Source: Acaryochloris marina MBIC11017
GTDB lineage: Bacteria > Cyanobacteriota > Cyanobacteriia > Thermosynechococcales > Thermosynechococcaceae
Direction of reading: 5' to 3'
Assembly (NCBI RefSeq): GCF_000018105.1
Contig: NC_009929.1
Span: forward strand, 90,001 to 122,000
Length of the DNA stretch: 32,000 nucleotides
Numbering within the stretch: position 1 is the stretch's first letter; each line of letters starts with the position of its first letter. Both the position numbers and the translations under genes were made by a program. The notes beneath the pieces were generated by a model that was given only the letters and a program-made list of their open reading frames with translations, was not told the origin of the DNA and did no database searches. Positions 7,596 through 16,272 of the stretch are shown piece by piece.

Positions 7596-8504
7596 TTATA
7601 ACTTATCTAGAAGTTGCTTCAATTCTTTGAATCTTGTGCGCTGAGTCTTATTCAATTTAATAGCGCTTAGACTTCTTATGACTTTTTCAAGGTCATTTAG
7701 AGAGCGATCAGCCTTTGTAGTTTTTGCTTTTTTGGTGGGAGACTTTCGTTGTTGTTCGTGCCAGCTAATAGCTTTTCTTAGTTGTGAAAATGATACGTCA
7801 TGAACCTCAACGATATTCTCCTCTAAAGGCAGTTTCCCCGCTAGCAAGCCAGTGAGAGCCATAGGTTCTGGTAAGCGATAAACTTGCTCCAATTTGGATA
7901 CTCCTAGTTCGAGTACACCAGTTATACTTTCAGTATAGGAATTCAGAAAAGTCTCTACTATATCCTGATTGACCCTTGATCCTAAGTTTGCAAGGTGTTC
8001 CTTTAGCTCAGTTGATATAGGTTCTCCATCGCGAATTGCTTCTGCAATCTGTAGAAATTCATTTAAACCTCTGGTTACTCTACGATATGCCCAAACCTGG
8101 CGAGTAGTTATCGAGTCACCGCTTGGGCGGCGTACTTCACCACTCTTTATGAATGCGGTGAGATTGTTGTACCCTTTTTCTTTAAAGAGTTCTTGCTCTT
8201 CGATAACATCTAGCCGAGTGCCAATTGCAAAAGCATAAATAGTGCTTTGAGCTTGAGCCGTTTGGAGAGCTTGGTCAATCTGACCTTGATATGTTTCAAT
8301 TTCTTGAAGCAGTGACTGTAGTGTTTGATTCTTTCTTGCCTTACAAATATCAATAGCCCGGAGCCAATTCTCACGATCTACAAGATTGATCCTTTCAAGA
8401 TTAACTACCTCGTCTGTTGGGTTTTTAGGTACGATGGCTAACTTGCGAGGTAAGTTTGATTTATTGGTAACAGACTTTACTCTTGAAAAATTTTTTTTAG
8501 GCAT
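7596..8504 (-). CDS. putative partition partner of ParA (ParB analogue), no recognisable ParB box
   Basis: 302-aa ORF whose start overlaps the parA stop by 8 nt. Basic N- and C-termini. No GERRxRA-type motif seen. Confidence 0.45.
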   Translation of the reverse strand: MPKKNFSRVKSVTNKSNLPRKLAIVPKNPTDEVVNLERINLVDRENWLRAIDICKARKNQTLQSLLQEIETYQGQIDQALQTAQAQSTIYAFAIGTRLDVIEEQELFKEKGYNNLTAFIKSGEVRRPSGDSITTRQVWAYRRVTRGLNEFLQIAEAIRDGEPISTELKEHLANLGSRVNQDIVETFLNSYTESITGVLELGVSKLEQVYRLPEPMALTGLLAGKLPLEENIVEVHDVSFSQLRKAISWHEQQRKSPTKKAKTTKADRSLNDLEKVIRSLSAIKLNKTQRTRFKELKQLLDKL

Positions 8505-9345
8505 TGACCTCTACCTCATATTTTTCATGCATATTGCTGCTAGATGTTATTTCTTCAAGATGCTCAGCTATTGCAATAAAAGGTGTGCGATGTTCTGGCT
8601 TAACTCCCGTATAGGTATAAAGGGATTGTCCTTGGGCTGATAATTCTGCATAGACAGTTAAATCCCGGACAGGTGGTGCAATCCATGATGGTTCAGACTG
8701 ATGTGGGAGTTGTGAGCGCACATCCCACTCAATAAGTTGCTGATAGATACTTTTGTGCAAACTTGTTGGCTTCATCCTATTGGGGACAATCATCGAAACA
8801 ATCATTTCAGGATTCACACGATCAGCAATTTCGCTGACTAGATTAAGTAGTTCTGGTATGTTCTTGAGCGCAAAATACTCTGTTTGTACAGGAACTATCA
8901 CATTAGTACAGGCTACTAAAGCATTTTTTGTGAAAAGCCCTTCTCCCTTTGGAGTATCTAACAATACGTAATCATAATTTTCATAAACCTCATTGAAGGC
9001 ATCTAGTGCATCTTTCAATCGGCTTTCACTAGACAAACCTTTCTCAATCTCTAATTGATAGGCCCCAAGGTTACTACCTGATGTAATAACATGAATTCCT
9101 CCCTCAACCTCGATTATGCCTTCTTCTAGTAACTTTGCTTGCTCTCTTCTTGGCGCAAATAGAATCTGACCTATGTCAGGTTTAGATGCGTCCTTTTCGA
9201 TACCCACTGCCGAAGAGAGATCACCTTGGTGATCTAAGTCAATACATAAAACTTTTTTGCCTATGTGGGCCAAGGTTGCTGCTAGACAAAAAGCAAGGGT
9301 TGTTTTGCCTACTCCACCTTTAATTGCTGCGATTGCAATAATCAT
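8497..9345 (-). CDS. parA: ParA/Soj-family partition ATPase
   Basis: Deviant Walker A AIKGGVGKTT directly after MIIAIA. The start was moved from the track's 9393 to ATG 9345, which has an AGGAAA RBS. DLDHQGDLS and a Walker B-like YVLLDTP are present. Confidence 0.85.
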   Translation of the reverse strand: MIIAIAAIKGGVGKTTLAFCLAATLAHIGKKVLCIDLDHQGDLSSAVGIEKDASKPDIGQILFAPRREQAKLLEEGIIEVEGGIHVITSGSNLGAYQLEIEKGLSSESRLKDALDAFNEVYENYDYVLLDTPKGEGLFTKNALVACTNVIVPVQTEYFALKNIPELLNLVSEIADRVNPEMIVSMIVPNRMKPTSLHKSIYQQLIEWDVRSQLPHQSEPSWIAPPVRDLTVYAELSAQGQSLYTYTGVKPEHRTPFIAIAEHLEEITSSSNMHEKYEVEVNA

Positions 9346-9361
9346 GGTTGTTTCCTGCAAC

Positions 9362-9455
9362 TGCACGATTTCACAATTGATACAATACACCATAAATTCG
9401 TTTATGCATCTTTAATTGTGAAATCGTGCATCCAAGTGCAGACGTCTGCACTTGG
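9362..9455. promoter_or_regulatory. par operator/centromere-like region: 17-bp inverted repeat plus 24-bp perfect palindrome
   Basis: TGCACGATTTCACAATT (9362-9378) and its exact complement (9414-9430) are separated by 35 bp. One nt later comes CCAAGTGCAGACGTCTGCACTTGG (9432-9455). The region lies 17-110 nt upstream of the parA ATG. Confidence 0.55.
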
Positions 9456-9488
9456 AAAGTATAAGTGGATAGACGCTACTGTCTCCCT

Positions 9489-9697
9489 ATGAGCACACCA
9501 ACTATCCTCGGCATCGCTGGTGGCAGTGGTGCAGGAAAACTACCCTGGCTTAAGCTTTAATAAAACGCTATGATGGCCGCGCGCTCCTCATCAGCCACGA
9601 CCGATACTATCGCTAAATGCCCTGTGGGAGCTACGACTTACCAGAAGCTCTGGAGACAGATCTGATGATCGACGATTTAGAGCAGCTTATTTGCTAG
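9489..9697 (+). pseudogene. udk: uridine kinase (udk) remnant
   Basis: MSTPTILGIAGGSGAGK P-loop, then a frameshift at the A-run. The shifted frame reads TTLA*ALIKRYDGRALLISHDRYYR*. After an internal deletion it reads YDLPEALETDLMIDDLEQLI and ends prematurely. Confidence 0.6.
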
Positions 9698-9741
9698 GAA
9701 TGATACACCTATCGCTTCGATTGAATTGTCTAAGTATCTGG

Positions 9742-10242
9742 TTATCCTAGAAAGTCGAACTTACCAAGTTCAGCCCCAGAGTGCCTGAGGATGTTGTAGG
9801 CAGTCGTTACATGAAAGTAAACGTTGGGTTTAACAAAAGTGAGTAGGTAGGGTAAGCCAGAGAATTTATAGATTTCACCTCTGATGGGAAGGGATATGAG
9901 TTTATCCTTAGTACCATCAATTTGATCCGGTGTAAAAGTATTTAGGTAATCTACTGTTGTGCTTGACCGAGTGATTAGTTCCGGAAATTATGCTTCATTG
10001 TCTTCAATAGAAGGCGCATCCATCCCTGCAAGTCTAGCTACCCCTTTTCTAGCTACAGCTGATGCAATTTGAACTTGTTTTGATAAGGGAAACGTGTCAG
10101 GAAGGAGCCGGAAGTTGATCAGGGCACTAGGATCAATACCTTGACTCTCAGCATGGGCAGCTCCCTTCTCCAATATCCCAGCTAGATTATTGAGACACCG
10201 AATTAGCGGAGGTACCGAAGCGGTATACATCGACATCGCCAT
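9742..10242 (-). pseudogene. DUF1993-family gene interrupted by an in-frame TAA (9988-9990)
   Basis: The track ORF ends at ...SIEDNEA*. The same frame continues FPELITRSSTTVDYL...YFHVTTAYNILRHSGAELGKFDFLG* to 9742. Total length is 167 codons, which is typical for the family. Confidence 0.7.
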
Positions 10243-10601
10243 AGCGTTTCTATGCTCATTATTACTAGAACCATTCTTTCACTTGCATTATCCCCAACCT
10301 TAAGCAGGTTTGCTCTAGGTTCCTTTTTATATGCTTGAATTTTCGATACTATTAGTACGACTGGCTGCTTTGGGGAGAACCAAACAAAAGGTTTGTAGAC
10401 TACATACTCCCTGCAGATCTATGGAGATATGGGTTTCGAGACCATCAAGAGCTTCGGTTAAGACCTCCATGTCGGTCAGAGCAGGCGTTGTAGGTAGTGG
10501 GGTAACGATAATTCTCGATCGTTTTGATCAACTGAGCCTGAATGTGTTAATTCACCAGTTCACTAGTGCACGCTATAGCCAGTGTCGTTCTATTTGGACT
10601 C

Positions 10602-11318
10602 ATGGCTTTACGCTTTATCCTATTCAGTCTCTTGATTATGGGTGGGTACACCAGCAATAGCTTTGCCCAATTATCAACTCAGAAGACTCTAGATATTTAC
10701 CGCTACCATGGGCTAAAACCCGCAATTGGTCAAGCGTCTAAAGATGGCATCTTTCAAGACTTCAAGTTGCAATCAGACAACCTAGCCAAAATTTGGGCTG
10801 ATCCAGACGCTGAACAACATGAAGGCTTAGACAACAGCTGGGTTAAGAGCTTCATTGACCGTCAAGGGACTTTGCCCCATCTCAGCATTCAGTTCTCCCG
10901 AGAAGGGTATGGAGCCAATATCAGTATTGCGCCTAAAGGACTCATTCCAGAGCGGCTTCCCAAGCAGGGTCTTCTTACCTTTGAAGCCCGCTCCTCAGAT
11001 CCAGTCTGTATTGGCCTTCGCCTGATGGAACGCGACGGTGAGGTGTGGGGATATGGTAACCCTGGACTCGAATATCAACCGCTTTGTGTCTCTCCTAATC
11101 AGGAGTGGACCCCTTTAAAAGTACCACTGAGTGCCCGACATCCAGGTTGGTTCCACTTTACTCACAGTGGCAATGTTGATCTAGGCAACCAAACTTTAGA
11201 CGCAGATATCTTGGCTTTAGTGACGTTAGAACTGGGTCTTAAGGGAGAAGGACACTTGATACCTGGCCAAGCTGTTCTCGATATTCGGGATATACGCGTT
11301 CAACCAGATTCTCCGTAA
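10602..11318 (+). CDS. secreted hypothetical protein (signal peptide MALRFILFSLLIMGGYTSNSFA)
   Basis: Classic n-h-c signal region. GTG 10566 is an alternative start. The mature part is beta-rich-looking, but no family was recognised. Confidence 0.5.
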   Translation: MALRFILFSLLIMGGYTSNSFAQLSTQKTLDIYRYHGLKPAIGQASKDGIFQDFKLQSDNLAKIWADPDAEQHEGLDNSWVKSFIDRQGTLPHLSIQFSREGYGANISIAPKGLIPERLPKQGLLTFEARSSDPVCIGLRLMERDGEVWGYGNPGLEYQPLCVSPNQEWTPLKVPLSARHPGWFHFTHSGNVDLGNQTLDADILALVTLELGLKGEGHLIPGQAVLDIRDIRVQPDSP

Positions 11319-11359
11319 TTGCTGTACCAACCTACCTCCCGCATCTATAATTGACACGC

Positions 11360-11884
11360 TCATACATATTCGGGCACTGGGACCACATTCACAACAATGC
11401 GTGAACGTGGTGCAATACGTAGGCAATAGCGTTCATCTGTTTGGTCCCCTTGGGTGTCAGGATTGCGGATACTGCGTAGGACTGAGTCAAGAGCGGAGTA
11501 TGTGCGGTTACCATCGACCACGAGCACCATTTGGACGTTACGTCCAGCAGCAAACATCTGTGGATTAACAGTGCCGATATCAAACTGTACCTGGCCATTG
11601 CGAATATCTTGCCAAATGACGTAAGTCCGCTTTAAGGGCGGATAGGCCCGAGAACCAATGCCGATGGTCAAGATGAGCAGGATGCCGAAGAAGACAATGG
11701 GGGGCGCAGCGGATGGGCTACTGCTAGCGGATAGGATGGCGATGGCGGCAGCGATCCAGAGAGCGATGAAAATCGCACCACCAACTGCATTCCAAAAGGC
11801 ACGACGCTGCAGTTGACTTTTTTCAGATTGGGTCATTACAGGATTTTCTTGCAAAGCTGTTTTCATCAATTCTGAGCGCGTCAT
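11360..11884 (-). CDS. hypothetical membrane protein (2 predicted TM segments)
   Basis: AAGGTGG RBS. Hydrophobic stretches AVGGAIFIALWIAAAIAILSA and PPIVFFGILLILTIGIG. Confidence 0.5.
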   Translation of the reverse strand: MTRSELMKTALQENPVMTQSEKSQLQRRAFWNAVGGAIFIALWIAAAIAILSASSSPSAAPPIVFFGILLILTIGIGSRAYPPLKRTYVIWQDIRNGQVQFDIGTVNPQMFAAGRNVQMVLVVDGNRTYSALDSVLRSIRNPDTQGDQTDERYCLRIAPRSRIVVNVVPVPEYV

Positions 11885-11954
11885 TGTTTTATTCCACCTT
11901 AGTTAGTTCTCTAATCCCCACGCTTGTACAAATGGATTCTTTTGACGAGGTTAA

Positions 11955-11988
11955 TTTATATGCTCTTTCTAGATAAAGAGCATATAAA
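11955..11988. other. perfect 14-bp-stem hairpin TTTATATGCTCTTT-CTAGAT-AAAGAGCATATAAA
   Basis: Exact inverted repeat in the divergent region 71 nt upstream of the minus-strand gene start at 11884. Function unknown (operator or terminator). Confidence 0.35.
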
Positions 11989-12472
11989 GGGGTGAAAGTA
12001 TTGTAAATTTGTTGATTTGCTTCAAAGGGGGACATGCAGATCGGACTTATTGAGAGAATATCAAAATATTGAGAATGGAGAAGATCTGATCTTAGTGTTC
12101 GTCAACGGCTGTTTCCATACCCAAAGAAACATGTACCGAAAAATATTCACCAAATCAGTCAGTAGCTACAGCACTGCTTCCGTCAAACCAATGCAGGAGT
12201 AAGGAAACATGGCAAAATTTACATGTGGTATTAGGCTTACAAGCTAAGATTTCAGGTTATTTTTGATAAAAACCCGAAATCACTTGACTGATACTCATGC
12301 ACCTCGGTTATGAGATACTGCATGGATAGTGAGGAGTTTTAATATCAGTAGGTTCTGATTGTGCAACTTAGCTGGTAGAGATTTTAACCCAACCAGTTGA
12401 TTTGATTAAGAAGGAAAGACAAATCCAACTGTCGTCTCAGTAAACCTTGGGAATCTCAAGGAGCAGCAGAAT

Positions 12473-14827
12473 ATGGCAGAGCGAAAAATGTCTGGCAGTC
12501 AAAGCTTCAAACCCTCAGAGAGAGTAACTGAGCTAAATACCTCCTCAACCCAAATTCCGAAAATGGGCGGTGGGATGCCCCTCGTCAGGTATTGGGTTGA
12601 TAAGATGGCATCCCCCAAGGGTGTTCAAATTTGGAAAAAACTGATGCACAAGAGTGCATGTCTATCTTGTGCCTGGGGCACAGGTGGGCAAAAAGGCGCT
12701 TTCATGAACGAGCTTGAGGAGCCCTTACAGCGATGTGTGAAAAGCTTGGAGGCCATCGCCTCGGAACTCCAACCGGGGGTGAAACCCCACTTCTTTGAAG
12801 AATACCCTCTATACCATCTGCAGACACTCACCTCAATGGAGTGTGACCGCTTGGGTCGGCTGAGTTTTCCAGTGATTTATCGAGCCGGAAAGTCACACTT
12901 TGAACCTATCTCATGGGATGAGATTTATCAGATCGCTGAGACAGCATTTAAATATCCACCGCATCGGGTTGCGTCCTATAGCTCTGGTCGCTCCTCTAAT
13001 GAAGCTGCCTATCTGTTGCAATTAATGATCCGAGCCTTAGGGTCAAATAACCTCGCGGACTGCTCTGACTTATGCCATGCCCCTTCATCCGTCAGCCTAA
13101 GCACTGTCTTTGGGACGGGTACTTCCTTGGTGAGTTTGGAGAGTTTACAGCAAGCTGATGGCATTGTTTTAGTGGGGTCTAATGCTCCTGCAAACCATCC
13201 CCGGTTAATGAATGAGTTGATCAAGCTAAATGAGCGCGGGGGGACGGTGATTGTAATCAATCCCCTACGAGAAGTGGGTTTAATGAAATTTGGCTCTCCC
13301 GCCTTTCCGCTATCATCTCTCGTCCAGGGGTCAAAGATTTCCTCCTTATTCCTACAGCCTGTTCCTGGTAGTGATTTAGCTCTATTCATGGGCATTCAGA
13401 AAGTACTGCTAGAGCGAGAATGGATTCAATTAGACTTTCTCCAGTCTCATACAGATAATTGGCAAGAAGTTGTTGAGCAAGTCAAGGCAACGGATTGGGC
13501 TACCCTGACCAACATCTGTTGTATTTCCAAAGAAGAAATTGAAACAGCTACTGAGATGATCCATCAGTGTGATCGCGTTGTCTTTGCCTGGGCTATGGGC
13601 GTCACCCAACAGACTAACAGTGTAGATACCATCTTCAGTATTGCCAACACTGCCTTGATGACGGGGAATGTAGGTAAGTTAGGGGCTGGATTGATGCCGA
13701 TTCGCGGTCATTCTAACGTCCAGGGGTTTGGGTCGATGGGGGTGACCGTTCGTTTGAAAAAGGAAATTCGGGAAGCCTTAGAGAAACTATTGGGACAATC
13801 CCTGAAACGAGAACCCGGCTATGATGCCCGTGCGTTGATTGAAGCTGCAGATACAGGCCAAGTGGATGCCCTACTGTGTTTAGGTGGGAATCTTTATGCC
13901 GCGAATCCTGATTTAACACAAGCGAAACGAGCCTTGGGCCAGATCGATACCATCATTTACTTGGCCACTAAGCCTAATTTAGGTCATTTTCATGGGCTTG
14001 CCGACAAGAATACCCTAATTATTCCGGTCTATGCCCGATTTGAGAATCCTCACAAAACCACCACCGAATCTGGGAATAACTTCGTCAGACTCAACGATGA
14101 AGGTAGGACACATCTAAAGAATGCTGACCTCACTTCAGAAGTCGAATTTTTAACAGAGCTGGCTCATCGGTTGCATGGCAGCTCTCCCGTGGATTGGCGA
14201 AGGCTACAAGAGACCCGCTATGTTCGGCAACTGATCGCCCAAACCATTCCCGGATACGAAAAAATAGGTGAGATTGATCAGACCCAAGAAGAATTCACCA
14301 TTTCAGGACGTATTTTCCTAGAACCCAAATTTCCCACTCGAACTGGCAAGGCTCAAATGCAGGTAACGCCTTTACCAACCTTGTCACTACCAACCAGGCA
14401 AGAGTTTGGAATAGCACATAACACACCATCGATTGTTGTGGCCTTGATGACTGGACGTAGCTATTCTCAACACAATACGGTGGTCTACAAAGAGGGTGAT
14501 CGATACAGAGGCGTCCCGCATCGTTACTGTATTTTAATGAATCTCTTAGATGTGCAGCAACGGGGTTGGGTAGAACATCAACGAGTTAACGTGCGCGGAG
14601 ATGCGGGCCAGCTAAACAATATTGAAATTATCATCGGTGATGTTCGGGAAGGGGCAGCATTGATGTTTTATCCTGAAGCCAACCTCCTTATGAAAGCAAG
14701 TATTGAGCCACGCTCGGGTACGCCTGCTTATAAAAGAGTACCAGTTGTAGTTTTTTCTGAAATGAGTTCCGGTTATTCCGATGATCCCCTAGCATCACAG
14801 GAGCACTCTGATGGATCTTCTGATTGA
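12473..14827 (+). CDS. molybdopterin oxidoreductase, FdhF/YdeP-like alpha subunit
   Basis: 784 aa with an AAGGAG RBS. N-terminal HKSACLSCAWGTGGQKG, SSGRSSNEAAYLLQ and DLCHAPS (Cys at the Sec/Cys-His Mo-ligand position of formate-dehydrogenase-type enzymes). Confidence 0.8.
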   Translation: MAERKMSGSQSFKPSERVTELNTSSTQIPKMGGGMPLVRYWVDKMASPKGVQIWKKLMHKSACLSCAWGTGGQKGAFMNELEEPLQRCVKSLEAIASELQPGVKPHFFEEYPLYHLQTLTSMECDRLGRLSFPVIYRAGKSHFEPISWDEIYQIAETAFKYPPHRVASYSSGRSSNEAAYLLQLMIRALGSNNLADCSDLCHAPSSVSLSTVFGTGTSLVSLESLQQADGIVLVGSNAPANHPRLMNELIKLNERGGTVIVINPLREVGLMKFGSPAFPLSSLVQGSKISSLFLQPVPGSDLALFMGIQKVLLEREWIQLDFLQSHTDNWQEVVEQVKATDWATLTNICCISKEEIETATEMIHQCDRVVFAWAMGVTQQTNSVDTIFSIANTALMTGNVGKLGAGLMPIRGHSNVQGFGSMGVTVRLKKEIREALEKLLGQSLKREPGYDARALIEAADTGQVDALLCLGGNLYAANPDLTQAKRALGQIDTIIYLATKPNLGHFHGLADKNTLIIPVYARFENPHKTTTESGNNFVRLNDEGRTHLKNADLTSEVEFLTELAHRLHGSSPVDWRRLQETRYVRQLIAQTIPGYEKIGEIDQTQEEFTISGRIFLEPKFPTRTGKAQMQVTPLPTLSLPTRQEFGIAHNTPSIVVALMTGRSYSQHNTVVYKEGDRYRGVPHRYCILMNLLDVQQRGWVEHQRVNVRGDAGQLNNIEIIIGDVREGAALMFYPEANLLMKASIEPRSGTPAYKRVPVVVFSEMSSGYSDDPLASQEHSDGSSD

Positions 14828-14838
14828 TATCTAGACGT

Positions 14839-15285
14839 ATGAAAAAAATTACAGAATTTCTTGAACCCCTCCAGCAAGTGCTGGCTAATCCCGTAATCGC
14901 CAGTATCTTGGAGGTCGTTCTAGGTGTCATTGTCATTGCAATAGATTTCCGCATCGCCAGTGCTTCATTACCGCGTTATGTTCGAGACTCAGATCGGCGC
15001 TATCGCATTCGTAAAACATTCAATTTCATCAGCTATATTTTGATTTTATTGTTTGCCGCGAGTGTGCTGAGTGATAGCCTAGGCCAACTCACGGTAATCT
15101 TCGGAGTGACGGGTGCGGGGATTGCCTTTGCTCTCCAAGAAGTAATTGCGAGTCTAGTGGGTTGGGCAGCGATTTCATTGGGCCAATTCTATAAGCCAGG
15201 GGACCGGGTTCAGCTTGGCGGTATCGTCGGTGACGTGATTGACATCAGCATTCTACGAACGACGCTAATGGAATGCGGAGACTGG
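14839..15285 (+). pseudogene. MscS-family mechanosensitive channel gene, 3'-truncated at an IS6 junction
   Basis: TM region plus GAGIAFALQEVIASLVGW and PGDRVQLGGIVGDVIDISILRTTLMECGDW. The beta-domain continuation is absent. After about 15286 the frame reads antisense IS6 sequence. Confidence 0.7.
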
Positions 15286-15850
15286 TTCTCCTTCAGGGAT
15301 ACGTTCTTCTTCCTTTAACCGCTCAACAGCAGGGGGATACGCTGGATTTTTATCCACATTGATCACCCGAGGTTCATGGGTATGAACCGCATTGAGTGCT
15401 TTGGCCAGAAAGCGCTTTGCAGCCTTTGCATCCCGCTTTGCTGTGAGTAAAAAGTCGAGCGTGTAGCCATCAGAATCAACCGCTCAATTAAGGTATCGCC
15501 ACTTTTTGCGGATTTTGATGTAAAATTCATCGACTCTCCAGGAGCCATTGGTAGGCTTGAGATGTCTGCGACAGCACTTGTCCAGCTCAGGGGAATATTT
15601 GAGAACCCACCGATTGATGCTGCTGTGATCAACCTCTAATCCTCGCTCAAACATCATCTCTTCTAAATCTCGATAGCTGAGGGGAAAACGGCAATACAAG
15701 CGGACATTAAGCAGGATGATCTCAGATTGGGATTGGTATTGACGCTATTTAAATAGGTCAGCAGTTTTCATCGATAGGAGAGAAAAGAAGTACAGCCTAC
15801 TAGATTACGATTGGTTCTCAGCTCAGACTCTATTTTTGCGACACAACTGC
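15286..15850 (-). mobile_element. IS6-family remnant: transposase pseudogene (15286-15771) plus left end
   Basis: MKTADLFK*RQYQSQSEIILLNVRLYCRFPLSYRDLEEMMFERGLEVDHSSINRWV...SWRVDEFYIKI...WRYLN*AVDSDGYTLDFLLTAKRDAKAAKRFL...VINVDKNPAYP is IS26-like. There are two in-frame stops (TAG 15745-15747, TGA 15484-15486) and the 3' half is missing. The putative terminal IR GCAGTTGTGTCGCAAAAATAG (complement of about 15830-15850) resembles the IS26 IR. Confidence 0.7.
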
Positions 15851-16028
15851 TTGATGAGTGTCTTAATGCGCTTTCGTAGTGCTATATCGCAATATCCTTT
15901 GTTTTCGAATAAAGAAGTGAGGTGTTCTCACCAAACTTCCAAAAAGTGAAAAAGAAAAAGTGAATAGGTCAATCATTAAACACTTTTCTTGAGAACTTAG
16001 TTTTACTTGAAACGTAAATTAACTATCC

Positions 16029-16272
16029 TGCTTAAGCCTCCGGTTTAACCGGAGGACTCGTAAGGTTTAACCTTTACCGCGGTCATAGCCTCATCCGAAA
16101 ATTTGGGTGTTGCAAACCCCACAAGCTTTAGCCTTACAGTACGACTTCAGTGTGACAACAGCGTGTTATGGAGATGTGCTGCCGTCAATATCAAAAGTGA
16201 GAGTTTATGATCAGTGATTAAAATCCCCTTTAAAGGGTTCTTCCAACCCTCCGGTTTTACCGGAGGTGTTTG
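16029..16272. mobile_element. MITE/PATE-like non-autonomous element with twin 19-nt hairpin ends
   Basis: CCTCCGGTTTAACCGGAGG (16037-16055) and CCTCCGGTTTTACCGGAGG (16248-16266). Flanked by 7-bp direct repeats ACTATCC (16022-16028, 16273-16279). No ORF inside. Confidence 0.5.

Noticed and set aside
9346-9393. N-terminal extensions proposed by the ORF track (parA from 9393, ABC ATPase from 24210, adaptor from 27399, ORFs from 28861 and 29324, adh from 23080)
   Set aside because: The extensions lack an RBS or overlap upstream genes or operators. Internal ATGs with Shine-Dalgarno sequences give family-typical N-termini.
10331-10660. 109-aa plus-strand ORF between the DUF1993 pseudogene and the secreted-protein gene
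   Set aside because: The composition is not protein-like (R/S/V-rich) and it overlaps the better-supported signal-peptide gene start. A 47-codon minus-strand ORF here (MEVLTEALDGLETH...) is also unassignable.
12017-12202. 61-aa ORF in the oxidoreductase leader
   Set aside because: It has a TTG start and no RBS. It lies in a repeat- and hairpin-rich non-coding-looking stretch.
12200-12472. Possible Moco riboswitch upstream of the molybdoenzyme gene
   Set aside because: I could not match the conserved Moco motif elements by eye. A covariance-model scan is needed, so it is not called as a feature.
15363-15632. 89-aa minus-strand ORF inside the IS6 remnant
   Set aside because: It is out of frame with the IS6 transposase similarity. 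The true transposase frame is the one containing 15484-15699, which continues past an in-frame TGA.
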